The notes under the pieces were generated by a model, which saw only the letters and a list, made by a program, of their open reading frames with translations, did no database searches and was not told where the DNA came from. Made by a program: the position numbers and the translations under genes. Below, one piece after another: positions 40,978-52,995 of a stretch of DNA of 64,000 bases (position 1 is its first letter; each line of letters begins with the position of its first letter). The stretch comes from Octopus bimaculoides (lineage: Eukaryota): NCBI RefSeq assembly GCF_001194135.2, contig NC_068992.1, forward strand, positions 62,158,118 through 62,222,117, written 5' to 3'.

Positions 40978-41349
40978 GTGCACGAGCATGTACGTTTGTT
41001 CTCTTTTAATTATTCTAACTCTTCCTCTGAAGAAGGAACTGGTTTCTATCGAAGATACAAATTTCCATCTTTGGAATGTAGATAACGAGAGCAATATTAC
41101 ATTTAAACTTGAAAGAGTCATGCAAGATTTTACTGTTCCGCTTACAGATTGTATTCGTAATGTGCAAACAGGTTGGCTGATTTCTTTTTCTGAAAATCCA
41201 AGCTTATCTAGCCTGACATTTAGATATTTACTCACAAAACTAAGTGCTCCATTTCTTATTGGTATAATTGTAAATTTATAATCTGGGTATATAAGCTACA
41301 GGTCTCGAAGCAGTTGTCCAGTTATCCACTTCTTTTTTTTTTTTTCAAA

Positions 41350-41990
41350 GCGATATTCACATCAATAGGACAGCTGACCTCTGTGACGATACATACCTTG
41401 TCCCAAACAACAATACCCAGCCTGTTATGCTTACACTCGACAAACATTTTGATATGAATGTTCCGCCAGTATTCCCTTGTGCTGGTATTTGTCTATGTAT
41501 TCGATAACAGGGGAATTCTTTGTATTTATTCCTGGACCGTCTTTTTTTCCGAATGGTATCGTATGTTCTTCCTGCAACAACTTCGTGTTGCATAGGGAGA
41601 TAATTCCTTCATGACATTTTGGGGCAGCTGCTAATCACATGTGTGATGCCTTCCACAGAAATATGACATGATCTACATTTTTGGTTGCATCTTGGAACTC
41701 CAAGGGTTTCATTGTCACTTTTGTTGATTAAGCATTTAGTAGCAATCTCCTGTTCCTGGATTACAAATGCATAGCCTTCAAAGTGTGATGTGATGAAGTC
41801 ACAAATCCAAGAGAGGATTCACTTCGTGTCAATGTTGCAGACTTCTTTAAGTCAACAGGAAGCATATCCATGCATGGTCTTTTTTTTTTTGGTATGCTGA
41901 GCGTTTTACCGCCATGTCTTCTTTGAGGTATGCTAATCCGGGCTTGTATGGAAAGTCATCCGAAAGGGAGTGCTTCCTGAGGAGGTTACT
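41350..41990 (-). mobile_element. 3' fragment of an RLE-type non-LTR retrotransposon (R2 superfamily, R4/NeSL-like)
   Basis: The minus strand reads FEGYAFVIQEQEIATKCLI..KCRSCHISVEGITHVISSCPKMS* (CCHC knuckle), then KHNRLGIVVWDKVCIVTEVSCPIDVNI (restriction-like endonuclease region with the PD motif mutated). Stops and frameshifts present. Confidence 0.85.
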
Positions 41991-42001
41991 TCTGATATTC
42001 T

Positions 42002-42371
42002 TTTATTCTTGTATTTGTTTCAGTCATTTGACTGTGGCCATGCTGGAGCACCGCCTTTAGTCGAGCAAATTGACCCCAGGACTTATTCTTTGTAAGCCTA
42101 GTATTTATTCTATCGGTCTCGTCTCTTTGCCGAACCGCTACGTGACGGGGACGTAAACACACCCACGATGCTGGAGAGACAAACACAGGTATACAAACAT
42201 ATACATACATACATATATATATGGTAGACGGGTTTCTTTCAGTTTCCGTCTACCAAATCCACTCCCGAGGCTATAGTAGAAGACACTTGACCAAGGTATC
42301 ACGCAGTGAGACTGAACTCGGAACCATGCGGTTAGGAAGCAAGCTTCTTACCACAAAGCCACCCCTGCGCC
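42002..42371 (-). mobile_element. Family B SINE, full length
   Basis: Well-preserved tail, short CA/TA spacer, core and head. Confidence 0.85.
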
Positions 42372-42829
42372 TATGTAAATTTTCGTATATTTAGTATATC
42401 TTTTTTTGTTTTGCTATTCTTAAGGTGCCTTTTGATAATCTTCTACTAGGATTCTTTATAGGATTACATTGACAGCAACTGATTTCTCTATTCAGTTCTG
42501 TGTTGTAATGGCTTCATGTAAACGCATGGTCAACCAACGAGAAACTGCCGTAGTTGAGCAGTGTCTCATGTAACAGTTAGCGCTGCGCTTCTCAAACTTC
42601 TTTTGTAACTACCACACGTTTTCTTTTACTAACATTTTGCCAGCGTCCCCTTGTTTAGGATTCAATGCCTCACCCCTATCCATTTTAATGCAAATACACG
42701 TAATATAAAACCAGAGTAATTAAATTCCTAGTGCGAGCTTGACGCGGGTGACTCCTTACTGCAGTACTACCTTACGATAAGTAATTACTACAAGCGTGAG
42801 TCGTGTGTGTGCGTGTGTGTGTGCGCGTG

Positions 42830-42913
<84 letters not shown>

Positions 42914-43708
42914 NNNNNNNNNNNNNNNNNNNNNNNNNNNNNNNNNNNNNNNNNNNNNNNNNNNNNNNNNNNNNNNNNNNNNNNNNNNNNNNNNNNNNNN
43001 NNNNNNNNNNNNNNNNNNNNNNNNNNNNNNNNNNNNNNNNNNNNNNNNNNNNNNNNNNNNNNNNNNNNNNNNNNNNNNNNNNNNNNNNNNNNNNNNNNNN
43101 NNNNNNNNNNNNNNNNNNNNNNNNNNNNNNNNNNNNNNNNNNNNNNNNNNNNNNNNNNNNNNNNNNNNNNNNNNNNNNNNNNNNNNNNNNNNNNNNNNNN
43201 NNNNNNNNNNNNNNNNNNNNNNNNNNNNNNNNNNNNNNNNNNNNNNNNNNNNNNNNNNNNNNNNNNNNNNNNNNNNNNNNNNNNNNNNNNNNNNNNNNNN
43301 NNNNNNNNNNNNNNNNNNNNNNNNNNNNNNNNNNNNNNNNNNNNNNNNNNNNNNNNNNNNNNNNNNNNNNNNNNNNNNNNNNNNNNNNNNNNNNNNNNNN
43401 NNNNNNNNNNNNNNNNNNNNNNNNNNNNNNNNNNNNNNNNNNNNNNNNNNNNNNNNNNNNNNNNNNNNNNNNNNNNNNNNNNNNNNNNNNNNNNNNNNNN
43501 NNNNNNNNNNNNNNNNNNNNNNNNNNNNNNNNNNNNNNNNNNNNNNNNNNNNNNNNNNNNNNNNNNNNNNNNNNNNNNNNNNNNNNNNNNNNNNNNNNNN
43601 NNNNNNNNNNNNNNNNNNNNNNNNNNNNNNNNNNNNNNNNNNNNNNNNNNNNNNNNNNNNNNNNNNNNNNNNNNNNNNNNNNNNNNNNNNNNNNNNNNNN
43701 NNNNNNNN

Positions 43709-43804
43709 GGTCGACATTACCTTTCATCCATTCGGGGTCGATAAAACAAGTACCGAGGTCGACATTACCTTTCATCCATTCGGGGTCGATAAAACAAGTA
43801 CCGA
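43709..43804 (+). repeat. 48-bp minisatellite derived from the family A SINE central domain
   Basis: Two identical units GGTCGACATTACCTTTCATCCATTCGGGGTCGATAAAACAAGTACCGA abut the parent SINE domain on the right and a 795-N gap on the left. Confidence 0.85.
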
Positions 43805-44335
43805 GGTCGACTTTGCCTTTCAACCTTTCGGGGTCGATTAAATAAGTACCAGTTACGCACTGGGGGTCGATATAATCCATTTGTCTGTCCTTGTTTGTCC
43901 CCTCTGTGAGTAGCCCTTTGTGGGCAGTAAAGAAATAAGAAACGTTAGCATGCAGGGCGAAATGCTTATCGGTGTCTCGTCTGTCTTAATGTTCTGAGTT
44001 CAAATTCCGCCGAGGTCGACTTTGTCTTTGATCCTTTCGGGGTCGATAAATTAAGTACCGGTTGCGTACTGGCGTCAATCTAATCGACTGGCCCTCTCCA
44101 CAAAAATTTCGGGCCTTGTGCCTAGAGTAGAAACGAATCGCTAGCTCGCTGGACGAAATGCTTTGAGGCATTTCGCCCGTCGCTATGTTCTGAGTTCAGA
44201 TTCCGCCGAAGTCGACTTTGCCTTTCATCCCTTCGGGGTTGATAAATTAAATACCAGTGAAACACTGGGTTAATGTGATCGACTTATCCCACCTCCACCA
44301 AATTGCAGGCCTTGTGTCTTTAGGGGAAAGGATTA
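43805..44335 (+). mobile_element. Three tandem family A SINE copies with three different 3' tails
   Basis: GTCGACTTTG.CTTT domain at 43806, 44015 and 44212. Copies 2 and 3 both start at the CG(T/C)TAGC position just after the A-box. Confidence 0.85.
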
Positions 44336-44398
44336 TATAAGGCACACACGCAAATACACGCCTCATCGTGTTTTGTGTGTATTTGTGTGTGTGTGTGT

Positions 44399-44431
<33 letters not shown>

Positions 44432-44432
44432 T

Positions 44433-44752
44433 ATCTTTTACTTGTATCACTCACTGTATTGCGGCCATGCTGGATCACCGCATAAGAATTTAACCGAACA
44501 AACGATGTAGGTACTTAACGATTTTAAAGTCTATTACCTATTCTATAGTCCTTCTATTTACCGAACCGTTATGTTACTAGGATGTAAACAAACCAGCACC
44601 AGTTGTCAAGCAGTGGTGGAGGGCCAACACAAAGATATAGACAGACACACACACACACACGACGTATTTGTTTCAGTCTTCTGTCTACCAAATCCACTAA
44701 CAAGGCTTTGATCAGCGCGAGGTAACTGTAGAAGACACTTACCCAAGGCGCC
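44433..44752 (-). mobile_element. Family B SINE lacking the tRNA head
   Basis: Tail, (CA)n and core up to GAAGACACTTACCCAAGG. Confidence 0.75.
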
Positions 44753-45150
44753 ACCGATAAGGACCATTCAGGTGTTTTACTAATTGAATTACCTGTCTCT
44801 GAATTATCATATAGGTGACTGAGTATTTGTAACGCACGTGTACCCTTAACATAATTCCCAACCAGAATCAGCGTGACACTGTGTATGATAAAGGCGTACC
44901 TTTTGAATTCTTGGTACAATCCACACGAAGCCATTTTTCATACTGTTTTCGCTAACCCAATTTTATTCGCGAACTATGGTTCATCAGCTGAATTCGCCAT
45001 CGTCTTAAGGTTAAACTTAGTTCAGTCCAAGTAAATTCATTCTGTATCATTGTTAGTGATCTAGTTCTAATTCCGAGCCATCCAGAGACGAGTTCTCTCT
45101 TCGCTCAGCAACTTTCAGATAGATAACATTGCCCTCTTTCTCTCCCTTAG

Positions 45151-45180
45151 ACACCAGACTCATCATCGAAGGCAAACTTT
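45151..45180 (+). other. Candidate 30-nt internal exon
   Basis: Acceptor CCCTCTTTCTCTCCCTTAG ends at 45150 and donor GTGAGT starts at 45181. Length is a multiple of 3 and there are no stops in any frame (TPDSSSKANF, xTRLIIEGKL, HQTHHRRQT). No homology evidence. Confidence 0.35.
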
Positions 45181-46194
45181 GTGAGTCTTTGTGTCTGTTC
45201 TGTTTCACATTAACTTAACAGTAAGGTTTCTCCAATTACAACGACAAGGGAATCTGTAACAGCCTAGCATATCGTATTTAATCCATTTCGTCGCAGTTGT
45301 GGTGAACTCCGTAACGGTTAAATCAAAGTTATGATAAGTATGAACTATCTATTTTGTCAATTTATTGCAAGTATTCTGAAATTACCAGTTATGTAACTTG
45401 CAGTCTTTCGCAACGTATCTTCACACTCTGGCTCCGCCAGACTTCGCGCAAACTATAATTATACCAATATCAATTACACACACACACACACACACACAAG
45501 CAAACAAACAAACAAGCAAACTCACACAAGCAAACACATAGATGAAGCGAAAATAAAATTTAAAAGTTCATTTAAAAAATCGGGATGTGCTGGGTTCGAT
45601 TCTGTTGCGTAACATCTTTTGCACGTGTTTCTTACCATGTAACAGGGTCCAAGAGAACGAACTATAATGACTTGAAGAAACTCGGTAGTTGTGATTACCA
45701 GAGTAATCAGTAGACAAAAACACCCTCCAAAGGATTGCAGAACACAAATCGAGAGAGTCAACTCCAAATATGATTAGGCAATAGTAATCTGTTGGCAATG
45801 TCGGTTGGAATTAAATTAGTGTTTAAAGCCAACAGGTGAAAATAAAAAAAAAGCTTCAGTATGATTAGACCTCGTCGGCGAAGCATTCTGGACGTCATCT
45901 CTGACAGCTGTTTCGATTCAAGACTTTAGAAATTAATTAGCATAATGAAAAACATACCAAAGCTGAATCTCATCGGAGTTGGCTAACGATATACCATTAT
46001 ATTTCCATGTTCCACTGTGATGAGTATACGGCTCCAAACCATTGATGACCAATTTTATAATTAATGAGTAATTACTAATTTAATTATCTCTATTTTCTTT
46101 TTTATCCCTAAAATATATCTATAAACCCCGGTTTATCCAGTTACCTTTACTGTTTTTCTGCATCTCTCAGTCTCTCTCTCTTTCTCTCTCTCTC

Positions 46195-46234
<40 letters not shown>

Positions 46235-46339
46235 CAACTTCTAAAAAAACCTTGAAGTAATTGAGCCACACCAAGGGTGGGTGGGGGGTTAAACTTAGGA
46301 ATTACTTGTCAATTCTTAAGCTTTGGTAAATTCTGAGAG

Positions 46340-46675
46340 TCAGTCCCTGTTGGCCCTCCAGGCAGGTGCCTCATTTGGGACACCACAGTCTGCGACTTCT
46401 TTACTCCCTCCCACATCCTGGATATTGCAGTTAATGGGAAGTTTCACTGCTTCCGTAGCCGAACAGAACAAAACCTGATAGTGAACTGTCTCTTCCAACC
46501 TGTGTCGTTTGGGACCTTTGGAGGGACTGGGTCACTACCACGAAGTTCTTGTCCACGATGGCAGCTCGCCTCACCGAGGCATCAGATGATGCCCGCGAGG
46601 GCGCTTGGTTTTCCCAACGCCTAAGCCCCACGATTGCCCGCGGCAATGCTGCTAGCATGCTGGTTTGCTTCAGTA
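46340..46675 (+). mobile_element. 3' fragment of a CRE-clade-like non-LTR retrotransposon (RLE domain)
   Basis: With frameshifts: GRCLIWDTTVCDFFTPSH..ASVAEQNK..FQPVSFGTFGG..KFLSTMAARLTEASDDAREGAWFSQRLSPTIARGNAASML, matching the QRLS..QRGNAAS C-terminus of CRE-type elements. Confidence 0.75.
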
Positions 46676-48617
46676 AGTTCCGTTAAAACTTGTGATGTGC
46701 AACTAGTTGCTTTGATTTAAAAAAAAAAAAAAATTCTCCACATATGGTTTCAATACAGTTTTAATAGAAAGATTTGGAAGAATTAGATGAAAGTTCTCTG
46801 GTAATTTTCTTTCATATAAATATAAATATATATATATAATTTTAATACGGAGCAAATAATTCAGGAGAAAATATTTGCGAAGAGTTTTGACTGTTATTTC
46901 CAGCAAGTAAACATACTTAGTATGTCCTTTGATTAAGTTTATATATATCCTTTTATACATACTTACAAAAATACACACACACACATACATTATGCATCGG
47001 TTTATACATATGTGTATGTTTATACACACGTACAGCAACACCGCACACATGCCTTATTAGGTATTTATTAAAAATGACTATCTATCTATAATATACATAT
47101 CTACATACATATATCCACACACACACACACACACTAGTATATATATATATATATATATATATACATACATACATACATAGAAACGTATACACGCATACAT
47201 ATTTACGCGTGCATAATATATATATATACATACAGTTATACCATCTATACGCACGCAAAAGAACATGAAGATATAGATAAACATCTTACTCGACAGACCC
47301 AAGATGTACACACCCACGCCCGTCCCCGTTTATAAATGTGTATATATGATATAAACGTGGGAGGGGGGAAACCGGAAGAGATAAAGAGGGAGGAAACGGA
47401 AAGAGGGGGAAGATATAAAAGTAGAAGAAAGATGGGTGAAGAGGAAAGAAAGAGAAATGTAGATAGATAGATAGATAGATAGATAGAGAAAGAGAGTGAG
47501 AACATCGTATAAGGATGTATATCGCTGTTATTTAACCCTTGGTCTCTTCCTATCGAACGGCCATATGGTGAGAAGTGTCCCACCGTGAGCACCTAGGCTT
47601 TTTAAATCGTACAATCCTAATGCAGTCACGGGTAAACTGCGACCCACGTGATTTTCTGAATGGTATGCCTTATGAAAAATTACCTGGAATTTTTTTAGAA
47701 GATGTTCATTCCATGCCTTATGCGGCCCACTTCTAATGTGTCTGATGTCTCCACTCACGCTGCAAAGCAGTAGGGTGTGATTTAAGACTGTTATTTCTAG
47801 CAGAGATTTCTTTCGTTGAAATATTTTATGCTGCGTGCATGTGTATGCGATATATCTTCGTATGTGTGCGTCTGTGTGTGTGTGTATGTGTGTGTGTGTG
47901 TTGTTGTGTGTATGCATACCTAGCATCGACATGTGTATATGTATCTACGAATGAATATATGTGTTACATAGACATACACACAAACTCACATACACACACT
48001 CGTATACATAGCTATATGTGCTTGTATAAATGGGTATATAAATGCATATACAATATTCACGCTTTTATACACACACTCACATACACAGACCAGTAATCTC
48101 TGAAGAGCACGCGGTATCACTTAACTGTGCTATTATCTAACATCCGGTTTTTACCCAGTGCGAAACCGATGACTGGTAATATTGGCTGTAATGGATCTAT
48201 AATACCGTGTGGATACATACATACACACACACACACGCACATATGCATATATACATATACAAGGGTGGGGAGAGAGAAATACACATGCATAAATGTATCT
48301 GTGCGTTCGTGTGTACCAGATATAAACACTCGTATATATAATACAATATACGTATGTATATGCACACACACTTATACACAGACATACACACACGTGTTTG
48401 TATGTGTGTTTATGTGGGTAGACGTATGTTCATATATCTACTACTTCATTGTTAGGGTCCTGGTTTTCTTCCCTTTTTTGACGAATGGGATGTTGGGGCA
48501 GACAGCCAGATAGACAGACAAACGGACAGACAGACAAGCAGACAGACAGAGTCAGACAGCTAGCTAGCTAGATGGATGGATGGATGGATAGACAGACAGA
48601 CAAACAGATAGATAGAC

Positions 48618-48661
<44 letters not shown>

Positions 48662-49173
48662 TTCTTTATTGGCCACACAGAGTAATAGAAGGGGACAAAA
48701 TACAAAGTAGAGCTTTTCTTTTGGGGAGGAAAAAAATGTAGGATAGCATTTCGATCAAAAATGATCGTAGAGATAAAAAAAGGGCCGATCAATAGGGATC
48801 GTGTATCACGGAAATATCATNNNNNNNNNNNNNNNNNNNNNNNNNNNNNNNNNNNNNNNNNNNNNNNNNNNNNNNNNNNNNNNNNNNNNNNNNNNNNNNN
48901 NNNNNNNNNNNNNNNNNNNNNNNNNNNNNNNNNNNNNNNNNNNNNNNNNNNNNNNNNNNNNNNNNNNNNNNNNNNNNNNNNNNNNNNNNNNNNNNNNNNN
49001 NNNNNNNNNNNNNNNNNNNNNNNNNNNNNNNNNNNNNNNNNNNNNNNNNNNNNNNNNNNNNNNNNNNNNNNNNNNNNNNNNNNNNNNNNNNNNNNNNNNN
49101 NNNNNNNNNNNNNNNNNNNNNNNNNNNNNNNNNNNNNNNNNNNNNNNNNNNNNNNNNNNNNNNNNNNNNNNNN

Positions 49174-49578
49174 GAGTGATACTTGAAGAAGTTGATGAGA
49201 GATTGCCCAGAGAGGCAAGTCTTTGTCTCTAGATCTTTCAGACGCGTCCACCATACATATTCTTTCGCCATAGCCACAAGTACGATGAAAATGGCTCTTC
49301 CTTCCTATTTCAAGGAAGGAGGCGCGACAATATTCACGATAGACTCGGCTGATAGACCGACTCGTCCCACACGCGATAGCAGTTGTTCGACGTAGGCCCC
49401 CACAGGTCGGAAATGGTGGGACACTGTACGAGTGCGTGCAGAACGGTTTCGTCGCTCTGACCGCATCTCAGGCAGGTCGGCCTCGTGTTTCTCGAGCCAC
49501 GCCTGTAGAGCCTATCCCGAACGGATAGCGCTTCTCGATAGCACTGTCAGGCCAGGGATCTCTGGAAGTTGTCCATAG
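49174..49578 (-). mobile_element. L1/Tx1-like LINE ORF2 C-terminal fragment
   Basis: The minus strand reads [52 protein letters not shown] (zf-RVT-type CCHC), continuing MAKEYVWWTRLK..INFFKYH up to an N gap. GC- and CpG-rich. Confidence 0.85.
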
Positions 49579-49647
49579 ATCCCGGCCAGATAAATAGATA
49601 GATAGATAGATAGATGGGTGGAGGAACGGATGGATGGATGGAAAGAA

Positions 49648-49688
<41 letters not shown>

Positions 49689-50087
49689 TACATACATACA
49701 GACAGACAGATAGATTGCTAGATAAATAGATAGATAAGTAAATAGATAAACATAAACAGACAAAAAAGTATATACATAGATAGAAGAAGGCGGATTTAGC
49801 TACTATTTCTAGCAAGTCTAAACGACGACAGGGAAGGCGCCTCGCTCTCTCGCTACCTGTGTCTGTTGTTTACTGCCATTCCGATAAGTTTAGGGAACTA
49901 AAATTTGAGGGGAAAATAACAAGGTTTTTAGAAAATAAAATTTCCGAAAGTAATCATAACAATGCCTCTCACGTGGTAGCTCAAACGGCAAGAAATAGCA
50001 GCTAAATCTTGTCTATCTTACACCCTAATATAGTAAAAGAAAAACTTATATAATATTATGTGTGTGTGTATGTATGTATATGTATAT

Positions 50088-50250
50088 ATCTTTTACTTGT
50101 ATCAGTCACTCAACTGCGGTCATGCTGGAGCACCACCGTGAAGGATTTAGTTAAACAAATCGACCCCGGTACTTTTGTTTTTTTTTTAACCTGTTACTTA
50201 TTCTATTGCTCTCTCCTTGCCGAACCGCTACGTTACGGGGATGTAAACAC
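50088..50250 (-). mobile_element. Family B SINE tail only
   Basis: CTGCGGTCATGCTGGAGCACC...GCCGAACCGCTACGTTACGGGGATGTAAACAC. Other tail-only pieces lie near 14377-14530 (+), 23072-23140 (-), 33316-33399 (+) and 55860-56010 (+). Confidence 0.75.
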
Positions 50251-50653
50251 TCCTTGTGTTTGTTGTTTACTGTCATAATGATAAGTTTAGGGGGCAAGAA
50301 TTGGGGGGGGGGGGAATAACACAATTTAGAAAAATTAAAATTTACGTAAGTAACAATAACAAAGCGTTCTAACGTGGTAATTCGAACGGCGAGAAATAGC
50401 AGCTAAATCTTTTCTAATTCACATCCTAAATTAGTAAAAGAAAGTGTTATATAATAACAGATTAAGATGTCTGTACAGAAGGAATGCTCATAGCTGGAAT
50501 GGTTTGGTATTTCGGATTATAAGACGTCTTCAGGATCTGCGATGATCACCTGCGATTCTACAACGAAAACACTTAACAGCACAGAAAAATTCCCGCGTCA
50601 ATATTTAATCCGGACAAATGAATTCTAGCCATTATTTATGTTTATACAAACAT

Positions 50654-50718
<65 letters not shown>

Positions 50719-52116
50719 NNNNNNNNNNNNNNNNNNNNNNNNNNNNNNNNNNNNNNNNNNNNNNNNNNNNNNNNNNNNNNNNNNNNNNNNNNNNNNNNNN
50801 NNNNNNNNNNNNNNNNNNNNNNNNNNNNNNNNNNNNNNNNNNNNNNNNNNNNNNNNNNNNNNNNNNNNNNNNNNNNNNNNNNNNNNNNNNNNNNNNNNNN
50901 NNNNNNNNNNNNNNNNNNNNNNNNNNNNNNNNNNNNNNNNNNNNNNNNNNNNNNNNNNNNNNNNNNNNNNNNNNNNNNNNNNNNNNNNNNNNNNNNNNNN
51001 NNNNNNNNNNNNNNNNNNNNNNNNNNNNNNNNNNNNNNNNNNNNNNNNNNNNNNNNNNNNNNNNNNNNNNNNNNNNNNNNNNNNNNNNNNNNNNNNNNNN
51101 NNNNNNNNNNNNNNNNNNNNNNNNNNNNNNNNNNNNNNNNNNNNNNNNNNNNNNNNNNNNNNNNNNNNNNNNNNNNNNNNNNNNNNNNNNNNNNNNNNNN
51201 NNNNNNNNNNNNNNNNNNNNNNNNNNNNNNNNNNNNNNNNNNNNNNNNNNNNNNNNNNNNNNNNNNNNNNNNNNNNNNNNNNNNNNNNNNNNNNNNNNNN
51301 NNNNNNNNNNNNNNNNNNNNNNNNNNNNNNNNNNNNNNNNNNNNNNNNNNNNNNNNNNNNNNNNNNNNNNNNNNNNNNNNNNNNNNNNNNNNNNNNNNNN
51401 NNNNNNNNNNNNNNNNNNNNNNNNNNNNNNNNNNNNNNNATATATTGGAATTATATATATATATATATATATTGGAATTATATATATATATATATATATT
51501 GGAATTATTTATTCACCATTACACGTGTTTCATTTGCTGATAGAAATCACAAAATTGTACACATGTATTAGAAAACGCGTAAGATTTCTCCGATTAGAAA
51601 TTCTTCAGACAAAGAATAAAAATAATACAAAATTTATACTTAAATGAAGCGTTTCTAACTAATTAGTAATCAGGAATCCTTCAGATACTAAAAGGGGAGA
51701 AAAACATATGCAGTAATGTAGAAAAGACATGTTTCGATAGCAATACTCGGCAGAAAATATTTTCCAGTATTTTGAACTTTTAAGCAGACCTCACGCAAAT
51801 TTAACATCAACATACGGAATTGGAATACTGAAAGAAGCAGATGTGCTTCGAGAGAACACAGCTGTGTAGATGTTCAATGTTCCTTATCTATATAAATTGT
51901 CTTGGAATATACACTTAGTAACCTGTTTATAATCCAGTGAAGCGAACGCAGGCTTTACCCATCGGATGGAACACATTGGGATTGTTTGCCTTCGATAATA
52001 GTCCCAGGTTGTTCCATATCGTTCGATTTGGCTAGCCATAACTTGGATTTTATTAGAATGCTTGAACGGTACCTACCTGGATCTATATAGCCCTATCTAG
52101 TCATATGTGAGTGTGA

Positions 52117-52160
<44 letters not shown>

Positions 52161-52225
52161 CTGTGTTGAACTGGTTAACTTAAACTATCACTGACAGACG
52201 GAGAGACAAACGGACAGACTGGTAA

Positions 52226-52920
52226 ATTAGAAAGATAGAGGGAGAGGAGCAAGAGAGAGAATGGGGGGGGGAGATAGAGAGAACGAGGGAGTAGCGGGGA
52301 TAAGTAGAAGGAGGAAAGGAAAGGAAAGTATAGGAGAAAGGAGGGGAAAAGTGAGAGGCACAGAGACAGCGAGAAAAGGTGATAGAAAGGTAGACAGAGA
52401 GAAAGAAAGAGGGAAAGAGAAAGAGAGTGAGGGAGAGAAGAATTGCGAGAAAAACTGATAGAGATAAAGTGATGGGAAGGATGTGATAGATGAAAAGAAA
52501 GAGAGAGAGAGAGAGTGGTGGGAAAACGAGGTTAGTAAGAGAGGAGAGAAAGATAGAAAAATGATAGAAAGAGTGAGAGAGAAAGAAAGGGGAAAGGCAG
52601 AGCTAAAGTTTGAGAGAGAGGAGAGGTAGATAGAAAGAAAGATGAAGGGTGATAGAGAGAGATACAAAGAGATATCTAGAAGAGAGAGAAAGAGAGTGGG
52701 GGAGAACGATAGAAAGACAGAGAGTGCGAGAAAGTTAGCGAAAAAGGTAGAGCTAAAATGTGAAATAGGGAGAGATAGAAAGAAGAGAAAAAGATGATAG
52801 AAAGAAAAAGAGAGAAAGAGAACGAGAAGGATAGCGAGAATGATAGCGATTGAAAGAAAGAAGGAAAGCAAGAAGGTGAAATAGAGGAAGCGAAGAAGAG
52901 TGATAGAGCGAGAGAGAGTC
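52226..52920 (+). promoter_or_regulatory. GA-rich polypurine tract directly upstream of the signal-peptide exon (candidate 5' UTR or promoter region)
   Basis: About 700 nt of almost pure A/G on the + strand ending about 75 nt before the ATG. No clean splice acceptor lies next to the ATG, so the exon probably extends upstream as UTR (inference). Confidence 0.4.
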
Positions 52921-52995
52921 TTCCCTCGTGTGTGAATCCCCCCCCCCCTCGCTTTCTCTCCTACTATCGGTGTTAACCTTGGGGAAAGATGAACT

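Noticed and set aside
42756-43880. ORF with a repeated 16-aa unit (GTCFIDPEWMKGNVDL)
   Set aside because: It is the translation of the 48-bp SINE-derived minisatellite, continued through Ns and (CA)n.
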